DNA of 64,000 bases from positions 32,001-96,000 of the forward strand of contig CAXXXF010000018.1 in NCBI GenBank assembly GCA_963667175.2. The letters are read 5' to 3'. The notes below the pieces were generated by a model. The model worked only from the letters and a program-made list of their open reading frames with translations. It made no database searches and had not been told where the DNA came from. Below are positions 30,268 through 38,626 of the stretch, one piece after another; the stretch's first letter is position 1; each line of letters starts with the position of its first letter. Position numbers and translations under genes: made by a program. This DNA is from Candidatus Latescibacterota bacterium (GTDB taxonomy: Bacteria; Latescibacterota; UBA2968; GCA-2709665).

Positions 30268-30950
30268 TCGCCGACTCCCCCTCAAGGGGGGAGTGATGCG
30301 GAGGTGAGGGGGTGTAATCAGCCCGCGCAAACTGACAGTTTGCGCTACGAAAACGTGGGTAACGCTCGGGGAGCGCTTGCGAATACGAGCGAGTCGAAGG
30401 GCCCTCTGTGTTAAAATAAATGAGGCAGGTTCCCTTCAAGAATTCAGCGATAGTGAACAGGGCGGAGGAGTGCCGAACGATGGGGGATGCATCTGTCGTG
30501 ACGCGTGGGCGAAACAGGATGCAGGACACCGGTACCAGGACGCCTTATTACGAAATTCGAGACACTGACCCTTTACTTAAATCTTTAATTAAGTTTCCAG
30601 TACGCATAGAATCATATTAAAGACAAGTATTTGTAAAATAAAAGGTTTTATGGACTACCTTTCATAAACTACCTCTATACAGCCGCGCTCTATTCTACCA
30701 GAAATTTCTTCCATCGCCGACCCTTCGACTGTTCGAAAAGCTCAGGGCAACGCAGGTTCAGGCATCGGCTCGGGACCCCCCACCGGCGCGGCTGCGGGCT
30801 GGCGCCCTTGCCTTGCCGACTCACCCTCAAGGGGGGAGTGATGCGAAGGTGACGACGCGTAATCAGCGCACGCAAACTGACAGTTTGCGCTACGAAAACG
30901 CGGGTGACGCTCGGGGAGCGCTTTCGAAAATACGAGCGAGTCGAAGCGCG
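30268..30950. repeat. Cluster of nested palindromic repeats, including ~130-bp direct repeats (~30270-30400, ~30815-30945)
   Basis: Both copies contain CCCTCAAGGGGGGAGTGATGCG...CGCAAACTGACAGTTTGCGCTACGAAAACG...GAGCGAGTCGAAG. Confidence 0.8.
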
Positions 30951-31045
30951 GCATTTCGCCGACCCTATGACAAGCTAAGGGCAACACAAGTTCAGAGAGC
31001 GGTTCAACGGCTACGCTCAGGGAGCGCTCTCGAGAGGGCCGGGAT

Positions 31046-31828
31046 CTACGGCCAGACCTCGGGGAAGTGTTCTCCGGCCATCCGCGCGCCGTCGGGGACC
31101 TCCACGAAGGGTTTCATGACGTGCTGTCCGGAGGCCACGTAACGCGTTTCCCCGGTCATGTAGTGGATGGCGATGGCGCGGCGGTGGCGGCGGCTGGTAT
31201 TGGCGTGCGACCCGTGCCAGGTCAGCGCGTGGTGGTAGTGCACCTCGCCCTTTTTTACAGGACACCGGACGATTTCCACGCGGCGCCCGTTCCATTCCCC
31301 GGGCATGTCCTCGTAGTTCTCAACCGACCGGATGAAGTCGATCTGGTTTCCCCATTGATGAGACCCGGGGACCATACTCATGCACCCGTTCTCCTCGTCC
31401 ACGTCGTCCAGGGCCACCCAGGCGCTCACCTCCGTCATCGGCTCGATAATCGGCCAGAGGGGCGCGTCCTGGTGCCACATGGTGACGCCGCCCCGTTCCG
31501 CGGGCTTGTACTGGATCTGATCGTGCCACACCCGCAACCGCTTCGCGCGGGTCAACTGCGCCACGTCCTCCACGACCCTGCGCATGCCGATCAGTTCCCT
31601 GAACGGGTCGCTCGCAGCCCAGATATTGACAATCTGCCAGACCGGCGTCTCGGGATTGGGGTTCAGGTTTCGCAGGTGGACCGGCTGCGGCACGTCCGTC
31701 CGGTCTCTGTCGGCGATCACCCGATCCAGTTCACGTCGCAGGGTGTCGACCCGGTCGCCGTCCAGGAGCCGGCCGCCGTTCAGGAAGCCGCGCTCGTGAA
31801 ATTCGGCGATCTGCTCGTGGGTAAGCAT
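31046..31828 (-). CDS. Phytanoyl-CoA dioxygenase (PhyH) family
   Basis: MLTHEQIAEFHERGF, WHQD, ENGC..MVPGSH, WHGS HxD...H triad. Confidence 0.9.
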   Translation of the reverse strand: MLTHEQIAEFHERGFLNGGRLLDGDRVDTLRRELDRVIADRDRTDVPQPVHLRNLNPNPETPVWQIVNIWAASDPFRELIGMRRVVEDVAQLTRAKRLRVWHDQIQYKPAERGGVTMWHQDAPLWPIIEPMTEVSAWVALDDVDEENGCMSMVPGSHQWGNQIDFIRSVENYEDMPGEWNGRRVEIVRCPVKKGEVHYHHALTWHGSHANTSRRHRRAIAIHYMTGETRYVASGQHVMKPFVEVPDGARMAGEHFPEVWP

Positions 31829-31866
31829 CGTGTATTCCCATTGAAGATGATTCGCGTCAGGTTCCG

Positions 31867-32691
31867 CTACGGCGTCCCCGACAGTATGGGATGCAGCGGG
31901 TGTTCCCACGGCCCGCCGGCCGTCATTTCGTCTCCGGCGCCGGCCGCTTCCCTTCCTCCGGTGAACCGGACGTAGTCGGGGATGTAGATGATCGCAAACG
32001 CCCGCCTCGGCCGGTCGGTCAGGTTGGCGCCCGCGTGGTGGAAATTGCATCCGTGATGAAAGGTCACCCCGCCCGCGGCCATCTCCATCGCGACGGGCGC
32101 CGCCACCTCGTGCCCCTTCTGCGCCATCTTGTCGACGATGCTCTCACCGGCCACACCCAGCGCGATCGGCGCCTGCGGGCCCAGTCTGTGGGAGCCCGGC
32201 ACAAAATGCAGACATCCGTTCTCGACCGTCACGTCGTCCACCGCCACCCAGGCCGATAGCGCGCCGTCCGGCGTCATGGGCCAGTAGGGCATATCCTGGT
32301 GCCAGTTGGTCGCGCGGCTGCCGGCCCCGCCGGGTTTGACCATGGCGTGATCGTGATAGATTCGCACGTGACGGCAGCCGGTGAGGCGCCGCGCGGTCTC
32401 GGCCAGGGCGTGGCTGAACGAGTAGGCTTTCACGTCCGGGAAATCCGTCCAGAGATTCACCATCTGGTTGAAGACCTGCTCGTACGCCTCGGAAGTCCGG
32501 CCGCCGCCCGGCGCGCCGACGATCCGCTCCCTGTTGGTCTCGATGGCGCGGTCGATGGCCTCCCCGAGCGCTGCGATTTCATCCCTCGAAAAAAACTCCG
32601 GATACCTGATGAAACCGTTCGCCTGATAATATGCCGCGTCTTCACGCGTCGCGGGGCTTCGTTTACCGTCAACTGGCAATCGCGTCTCCAA
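31867..32691 (-). CDS. Phytanoyl-CoA dioxygenase (PhyH) family
   Basis: WHQD, ENGCLHFVPGSH, FHHAGAN...RRA. Confidence 0.9.
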   Translation of the reverse strand: METRLPVDGKRSPATREDAAYYQANGFIRYPEFFSRDEIAALGEAIDRAIETNRERIVGAPGGGRTSEAYEQVFNQMVNLWTDFPDVKAYSFSHALAETARRLTGCRHVRIYHDHAMVKPGGAGSRATNWHQDMPYWPMTPDGALSAWVAVDDVTVENGCLHFVPGSHRLGPQAPIALGVAGESIVDKMAQKGHEVAAPVAMEMAAGGVTFHHGCNFHHAGANLTDRPRRAFAIIYIPDYVRFTGGREAAGAGDEMTAGGPWEHPLHPILSGTP

Positions 32692-32810
32692 TCAGAACTG
32701 GAATGTGTTCCGTATGTACTTTTCCGCTTGACACGGAACCCCAGGTACGGTATATGGATACACAGTGTGTACCATTACGCGCCTCTGTACTAAGCGCAAG
32801 GAGCCATAGC

Positions 32811-33353
32811 ATGGGCGGGTTGCTTCTGGATATGCCGGTTAGAGACATTCAGCAACGCATTGAAAAACATGACGCTGATTCATTGGACATATCGCTTTCA
32901 AGTTCCATGCGCGCAAGCGACGATGAAATGGAGCATGATGTAGAAATCGAAAGCCGCCTTGCATTATTGAATCGCATCGCGGACGAGACCGGTGAATTTG
33001 CGATTGCAGAGATCGCGAAGCTGCAAAACGCCCTTGAAAGACTCGAAGAGAATCCCGATAATTACCTGGAGTTATGCATAAACGAGGATGCCGAGGCAAC
33101 GATAGAGCAAATTGAAGAATTCGAGGAAAAAACCAGAGCTTTACGGGAAAGATATTCATCGATTGCGGAGCGACACAAGGAATTTTCTACTACATATTTG
33201 AAGATTAGTACAGTGGTCGATCATCTGTTTGACAGTATTGCCATGCTTCAGGAAATTCGTTGGAGAATCATGATCCTCCACAGTGAGAGACAACCTGCTT
33301 CAGGAGAGGTGTACAGGTCGGCAAGAGATCTGATCGATTCGCTCCGGAGCTGA
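32811..33353 (+). CDS. Hypothetical acidic coiled-coil protein, putative antitoxin
   Basis: AAGGAG RBS; C-terminal GEVYRSARDLIDSL resembles antitoxin tails; directly upstream of a RelE-like gene. Confidence 0.5.
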   Translation: MGGLLLDMPVRDIQQRIEKHDADSLDISLSSSMRASDDEMEHDVEIESRLALLNRIADETGEFAIAEIAKLQNALERLEENPDNYLELCINEDAEATIEQIEEFEEKTRALRERYSSIAERHKEFSTTYLKISTVVDHLFDSIAMLQEIRWRIMILHSERQPASGEVYRSARDLIDSLRS

Positions 33354-33360
33354 AACGTGT

Positions 33361-33705
33361 ATGGAGAATGGCCAGAAAAAGAAGGCATTCAGGCGTTATA
33401 ACAATTATTTCAAGAAGACATACAGTCGTCTCCCGGAGCGCATAAAGAGGAAATTTGAAAGGGTTGTTTTCGAGCTTGAAAATAACTCACTGAGCACCGG
33501 CAGAAAGAAAAGAAATATCAAGGATTGTCGTTGTTCGACTGTTCGGATTGATAGAGCGTATCGTTTAGCATTTCGAGAACATGACGACAATACCATTGAA
33601 TTGCTTGCCGCTGGCAAACGAAACGACGTGTACGAGTATTTGAAAAATAAAGTCGATTCCAAATTGAATGAAGGAATAATCTATCGAAATCGGAACCGGA
33701 CCTGA
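33361..33705 (+). CDS. RelE/ParE-like toxin
   Basis: Basic 114 aa; FKKTYSRLP, TVRIDRAYRLAF, IELLAAG.RNDVY. Confidence 0.65.
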   Translation: MENGQKKKAFRRYNNYFKKTYSRLPERIKRKFERVVFELENNSLSTGRKKRNIKDCRCSTVRIDRAYRLAFREHDDNTIELLAAGKRNDVYEYLKNKVDSKLNEGIIYRNRNRT

Positions 33706-33930
33706 GAAGGTCCGGTTTTTTGTGAGGCAAAGTTGTGCCGTTTCGGCCAATTTCCGGGTGACTTGCCCCAACGTTGGCGACACGAAAGCAGGCATCCGGG
33801 CCAGTACGAATTATTCGGCATGAGAAAACCGCTGGCGTCGGACGCGCCAAAATACACAATGGGAGCATCGGCGCCAACGGTTATTTGGAACGTCGGATTC
33901 CTGCGGCCGATGGATTCCGGGCCTGGCGGT

Positions 33931-34116
33931 TCAATAGGCGATCCGATGTCTGTCGCGGGCAATCAGCCGGTAGCCCACGTAGATCAACACTGCCGGAACG
34001 GCGAGCTTGATCAGGAGCCAGATCAGGCCCAGCGCGACTCCAATGAGCCCGCCAAGCAGAAACAGCGCCGCCACCCCGCCGGCAGCCAACATGCAAAAGC
34101 CCAGAAATTTCACCAT
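33931..34116 (-). CDS. Small membrane protein (Psp/Lia accessory-like)
   Basis: 61 aa, two hydrophobic helices, directly after pspA; GGAGGAG RBS. Confidence 0.65.
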   Translation of the reverse strand: MVKFLGFCMLAAGGVAALFLLGGLIGVALGLIWLLIKLAVPAVLIYVGYRLIARDRHRIAY

Positions 34117-34153
34117 CGTCGACTCCTCCAGATAAGCTGTGAGCCGTCCGCGC

Positions 34154-34846
34154 CTAATTCAGATCCTGTTCAGAGTTCGCATCGGTCAGCTTACTCTTCA
34201 TCTCCCGCAACTGCGCGTCGATTCGCTGTTTGCGCGCCAGCTTTTCGCAACGGTCCTCGAGGTCCGGGTCCTTTCCGGATATTTCCTCGAAAACCTCCGC
34301 CACGGTCTCTTCATGGTCAACCCGTTGGCAGAGCGCGTCGAACCGCTCGAACGCTTCTTCGTCGATCCGAACCGGGGAACCCGCGGCTGAGCCGTATCCT
34401 CCCGCCGCGCGGCTTCTGGCCAAGAGGGTCCTCCGACGCGTTGTGGCCTCCCGGAGACGGTGTTTCAGACGCGCGCGTTGCCGTTCAAGCTGTCCGGTCG
34501 CTTTCCCGGCTTCGGCCAGCGCCTTCTCAAGCTCTGCGACTTCCGCCTCCACCTCCGCCTTCCGCTCCAGAGCCAGGCGGGCCAGGTCGTCGTTTCCCTG
34601 CGAGACGGACCGTTCGGCCGTCCGGTTCCAGGCTGCCGCATCCGCCTGCCGCGCCTTCAGCCTTCGTTCGAGAAGCCGCTGTCCTGCCATCGCTTCGGCA
34701 ACGGCGGTGACGGCATCGTTCACGGCGTTCTCCATCTCCGTCAACATCAGGCGCGACGTCTTTTCCGGGTCCTCCATCCGGTTCAGCAGATCGTCCACGT
34801 CCGCCCTGATGATATTCCCGATCCGCGTGAATGTGCCCGCGGCCAT
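34154..34846 (-). CDS. pspA: PspA/IM30 family protein
   Basis: FTRIGNIIRADVDDLLNRMEDPEK N-terminus; DDLARLALERK; coiled coil. Confidence 0.9.
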   Translation of the reverse strand: MAAGTFTRIGNIIRADVDDLLNRMEDPEKTSRLMLTEMENAVNDAVTAVAEAMAGQRLLERRLKARQADAAAWNRTAERSVSQGNDDLARLALERKAEVEAEVAELEKALAEAGKATGQLERQRARLKHRLREATTRRRTLLARSRAAGGYGSAAGSPVRIDEEAFERFDALCQRVDHEETVAEVFEEISGKDPDLEDRCEKLARKQRIDAQLREMKSKLTDANSEQDLN

Positions 34847-34919
34847 GTCAGTCTCCTTTCACAAGTGGGTGAACTTTCGACTGCGACGGATGGTCTTGTT
34901 CCATCCTTCCCCCTGTGAA

Positions 34920-34935
34920 TACAAATGCCGTGCCA
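34920..34935 (-). promoter_or_regulatory. Sigma54 -24/-12 promoter of pspA
   Basis: TGGCAC-GGCAT-TTGTA on minus strand, with an AT-rich (IHF-like) tract upstream at ~34940-34980. Confidence 0.7.
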
Positions 34936-35471
34936 TAAGTTGAATATAAATTTAAATCGTTGTTTAATAATAAGATATATGGAGAACACAAAAAAGAGCC
35001 GCCCGGGACGTCGGCGATTAACGCCAACCGTGGCGGCCGAATTCACCTCTTCAGAAGCAATGAGAGGGAAGAGGTTAGTCGTGAGGCAAAGCGAGAAAGG
35101 CGGTTAGAAGCGGAACGGCGGATGCAAAAAAGAACAAGGCGCGAAAGACCGTTAGCGTTGGGGGGGTGGTCTTTTTCGTTTTTCCTTCTTCCTCCTTCAA
35201 TCTTCCTTTTTCCTTTTGTCTTTAATCCAAGCTGACACTGTCGGCTGAACGCTCTGTTTCTCTTTGTGTCTTCGTGTCTTTGTGTGAGATGAATGTCGTT
35301 TTTGATCTTTGCTGATTGCTGACAACTGACCGCTGATAGCTGCTTCTCAACGGCAGGGAATTTGGGGAGATGTAGTTCTTGACTTTGATCCTGGTCTTTT
35401 GATTCAAGCCGACTGCCGAGAGCTTATTGCTGATCGCTGCTTTTCTTCCTTCTTCGTTCTTCCTTTTTCCT

Positions 35472-36596
35472 TCATGGCGCCGCGCTTGCGCCCGCCAGCG
35501 ATCTGGCCCCATGAGATGGCTTGCCTCCGGAGCGACGCGCCTGGATGAGCTCGGAGACCACGCTGATGGCGATTTCCTCCGGTGAGTCCGCGCCAATGTC
35601 CAGCCCGATTGGCGCGTGGATCTCGTTCAGTCGCTCCCTTCTGATTCCCTTCGCCTCCAGTTCCTTCCACATCAACGCAATCTTGCGCCTGCTGCCGATC
35701 ATGCCGATGTAGGCGGCGTCCGCCCATACCGCCTGTTCCACCACCGGCTTGTCGTGCTGGTGTCCCCGGGTCACCGCGACAATATAGGACAGGTCGTCGA
35801 TTTCCAGGTGTTGAAACGCCGTTTCCATCTCCAGCGTGAGCGTCTCGTCCGCCATCGGAAAACGCTCCTTGTTGGCGAACATGGGGCGGTCGTCGATGAC
35901 GACGATGCGAAAGCCCACGGTGACCGCGATCCGGGCGATGGCGAACGAAACGTGCCCCCCGCCGAAGAGGTAAAGCGTGGGCTCCGGGCAGACCGACTCC
36001 ATGAAGACCTTCACGGGGCCGCCGCAATCAACTGCGTCCAGCGACACCACCTCCAGCAGGTCCTCCGGGATTGTTTCCATGTCCGCCACTTCGCTCAGGA
36101 TCGCGTCGTCGGCCTCCGGGCGCCCCAACGACCCCACCGTCGTCCCGTCGGCGCGCACCAGAAGCTTGGCGCTCCAATTCGACGGATCCCCTCCGGACAC
36201 GAGGGTGGCCAGCACCGCCGATTCCCGGGCTTTTCGGACCTCCCCCACGGTCTCGAGCACGTTCTCGGACCGGCCCCGGTACAGAGGCTCCGTGAAGATT
36301 TCCACGTTTCCGCCGCAGTTCAAGCCATTCTCGCCGGCATGTTCTTCGGTCAGAATAAAGCGCTGAAGCGTGGGAACACCGCTTTCCATCACCTCACGGG
36401 CTTCCGCCCAGACGTCCGCCTCGAGGCACCCGCCGCCCACCGTACCCACAATCTGGCCGTCGGGACACACCAGCATCTTGGCCTTCTTGCTCATCGGCAA
36501 GGATCCCTTGCTGGAGACAATTGTCGACAGCGCGGCGTTCTGTCCCGACGAAATCAGGTCCAGAGCTTCTGAAAACACGTCTTTCATCAGAACCAC
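35472..36596 (-). CDS. XdhC/CoxI family molybdenum-cofactor maturation protein
   Basis: GTVGGGCLE, CGG, LFGGGHV, VTRGHQHD, YIGMIGSRRK, APIGLDIGADSPEEIAIS. Confidence 0.92.
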   Translation of the reverse strand: MVLMKDVFSEALDLISSGQNAALSTIVSSKGSLPMSKKAKMLVCPDGQIVGTVGGGCLEADVWAEAREVMESGVPTLQRFILTEEHAGENGLNCGGNVEIFTEPLYRGRSENVLETVGEVRKARESAVLATLVSGGDPSNWSAKLLVRADGTTVGSLGRPEADDAILSEVADMETIPEDLLEVVSLDAVDCGGPVKVFMESVCPEPTLYLFGGGHVSFAIARIAVTVGFRIVVIDDRPMFANKERFPMADETLTLEMETAFQHLEIDDLSYIVAVTRGHQHDKPVVEQAVWADAAYIGMIGSRRKIALMWKELEAKGIRRERLNEIHAPIGLDIGADSPEEIAISVVSELIQARRSGGKPSHGARSLAGASAAP

Positions 36597-36669
36597 CCCC
36601 TTAACCCCATTAATTCATGAAACGGAACAAACATGAAACGGAACAAACATGGATGGACAGGATGAAAAC

Positions 36670-38387
36670 CTAAGGCGGCTTCGCTTTGCTCAGCCGCAAC
36701 CAAAAAGTGTGGTATTGAAGCGGCAGGTTGTTTTGTGGTATGAAAAGCGGCGTTCGTCCGTTATGATGGTGGTCCCGACCGCCATCAATCCAAGGAGGAA
36801 CGCCGTGAACGACTTCGTGGACCAATATAATGAAAAAATCAGTGGCGTGGTATCGTGTTTTGATCGGGTTCTGTTCAAGGGGTACCTGCCGTTGGGATTT
36901 GGCGATGCGATGGAGCGTTTCATGGGTAATCAGGGTTTTTTGTTGAAGGACTTCAAGCGTTTTGTGACGATGCATTCCAAAACGATCAAAGCCCACGCGG
37001 AGGCGATGGCGAGCAGGCACAAGCGCCCGTTCCTCTATCTCGACCGCAACACCGTCAGGAAAGAGGAGGAAGCGCGACGCATCGCCCAACGAGATGGGAT
37101 CACCCGCGGCCTGGTCTGTGTGTACCGCGCCGTGGAGGGCTGTCAGAGTTTCAAGCTGGTTCCAGGGAAAGGAAGGCCTCGCCTGCGCAACGCCCGGCGG
37201 AAGTGCCTGTGCTACTATTTCTACTATATCGACCGTGAGTTCGGGTTGCTGCATATCCGCATCCAGTCGTGGTTCCCCCTGGTGGTGCAGGTCTGTCTCA
37301 ATGGCCACGAATACCTGGCGCGCAAGCTCGATAAAAACGGCATTGCCTATCGCAAAGCAGACAACGCGTTTCTATGGATCGACGACGTGGCCCGGGCGCA
37401 ACGGTTTGCCGATCGTTTTGTCGAGAAAAATTGGCCGCGCATTCTCTCCGGGCTTGCCCGCAGGGTCAACCCCCTGCTCAAAGACCTGCTTTCGGGAATG
37501 GACTATTACTGGGTCGTTGACCAGGCTGAGTTCGCCACCGACGTGATGTTCACAAGCCCCCACGCCCTGAAGGTGCTGTATGAAAATCTGCTCAGACATA
37601 CGGTGCTGTGCTTCTCTCCCCAGGACATCCTGACCTTCCTGGGACGCAAACTCCACGGCAACTTTCAGGGCGAAGTCCTCACGGACTTCAAAAACAAACG
37701 CCAACCCGGCGCACGGGTCAAACACCGGATGTGTGAGAACTGGATAAAAATGTACGACAAACACGGGCGCGTACTACGCATAGAGACAGTGATCAACCAT
37801 CCAAGGCAGTTCAAGGTCCGCCGCCAGGGCATACGGCAAGGACAACGCGTGATGGGCTGGTATCCCATGGCCAAAGGGGTGGCCAACCTCTACCGCTATC
37901 GGGAGATCTCATTGAAGGCCAACCAACACTATCTTCAGGCGCTGGCAGCAGCACCAGACACCGGGAAGAGCCGTCACAGCCTCGCCGCACTTGCCCGACC
38001 ACGCAGGCACAAGGGGCGGACCTATCGGGGCTTCAATCCCGCCGACACCCGCGACCTCGACCTCTTCACCGCCGTCCTGAAAGGCGAACACGCCCTGATG
38101 GGCTTCCGCAATCGGGACATCCGAAAACACCTCTTCAAACAACCCAGAACCCTCGACCAGCGACGACGACAAGCCAACGCCGTCAGCCGACTCCTCAAAC
38201 GTCTACACGTCCGAGGCCTGATCGCTAAAATACCTCGGTCCAGAAGATGGCGCGTCACACAGGCCGGACACGTCACCCTCGCGACTTCACTGACACTATA
38301 CGACAACCACACAAACCGGAACGCTATCCAAGCAGCATGAACAAACTTCTACGCATCTTGCGTTGAAGTCTTACTGTAAGACTCTAA
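36670..38387 (+). mobile_element. Putative unclassified mobile element, CTAA-bounded with hairpin ends
   Basis: CTAA at 36670-73 and 38384-87; left hairpin GCGGCT..AGCCGC-AACCAAA; right hairpins 38345-38369 and 38367-38383; single ORF antisense to the surrounding cluster. Confidence 0.55.
36805..38340 (+). CDS. 511-aa protein: Rep_trans/Phage_CRI-like nickase motifs plus C-terminal winged helix
   Basis: GGAGG-GTG start; QAEFATDV, IKMYDK, LRIET motifs; GFRNRDIR...SRLLKRLHVRGLIAKIPRSRRWRVT wHTH; ORF certain, function inferred. Confidence 0.6.
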   Translation: MNDFVDQYNEKISGVVSCFDRVLFKGYLPLGFGDAMERFMGNQGFLLKDFKRFVTMHSKTIKAHAEAMASRHKRPFLYLDRNTVRKEEEARRIAQRDGITRGLVCVYRAVEGCQSFKLVPGKGRPRLRNARRKCLCYYFYYIDREFGLLHIRIQSWFPLVVQVCLNGHEYLARKLDKNGIAYRKADNAFLWIDDVARAQRFADRFVEKNWPRILSGLARRVNPLLKDLLSGMDYYWVVDQAEFATDVMFTSPHALKVLYENLLRHTVLCFSPQDILTFLGRKLHGNFQGEVLTDFKNKRQPGARVKHRMCENWIKMYDKHGRVLRIETVINHPRQFKVRRQGIRQGQRVMGWYPMAKGVANLYRYREISLKANQHYLQALAAAPDTGKSRHSLAALARPRRHKGRTYRGFNPADTRDLDLFTAVLKGEHALMGFRNRDIRKHLFKQPRTLDQRRRQANAVSRLLKRLHVRGLIAKIPRSRRWRVTQAGHVTLATSLTLYDNHTNRNAIQAA

Positions 38388-38626
38388 AAGCGCGAGAAAG
38401 GCACGAGAAAACGAACATCAGAAACTGCGAAACACGCGAAAAATACGAAAAATCCGTGGCTGAAATCAGTTGCCACAAGAGGCGCAAAACCACAATGTTG
38501 CACGTCAGCCCGACACCCCAACATGACTCCGGCCAAACCGACTTTGGACGAATCAAGGTTTTCGTTATATTCTCCACTCATGTTATTGGAAATCAACCGA
38601 TTACACGAAATTTCCACCGGTTTTCA

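Noticed and set aside
30268-30950. CRISPR array
   Set aside because: Only two long imperfect copies with no regular repeat-spacer period and no cas genes.
36617-36651. 16-bp tandem duplication CATGAAACGGAACAAA as target-site duplication of the 1.7-kb element
   Set aside because: Both copies are on the same side of the element; a local slippage duplication is more likely.
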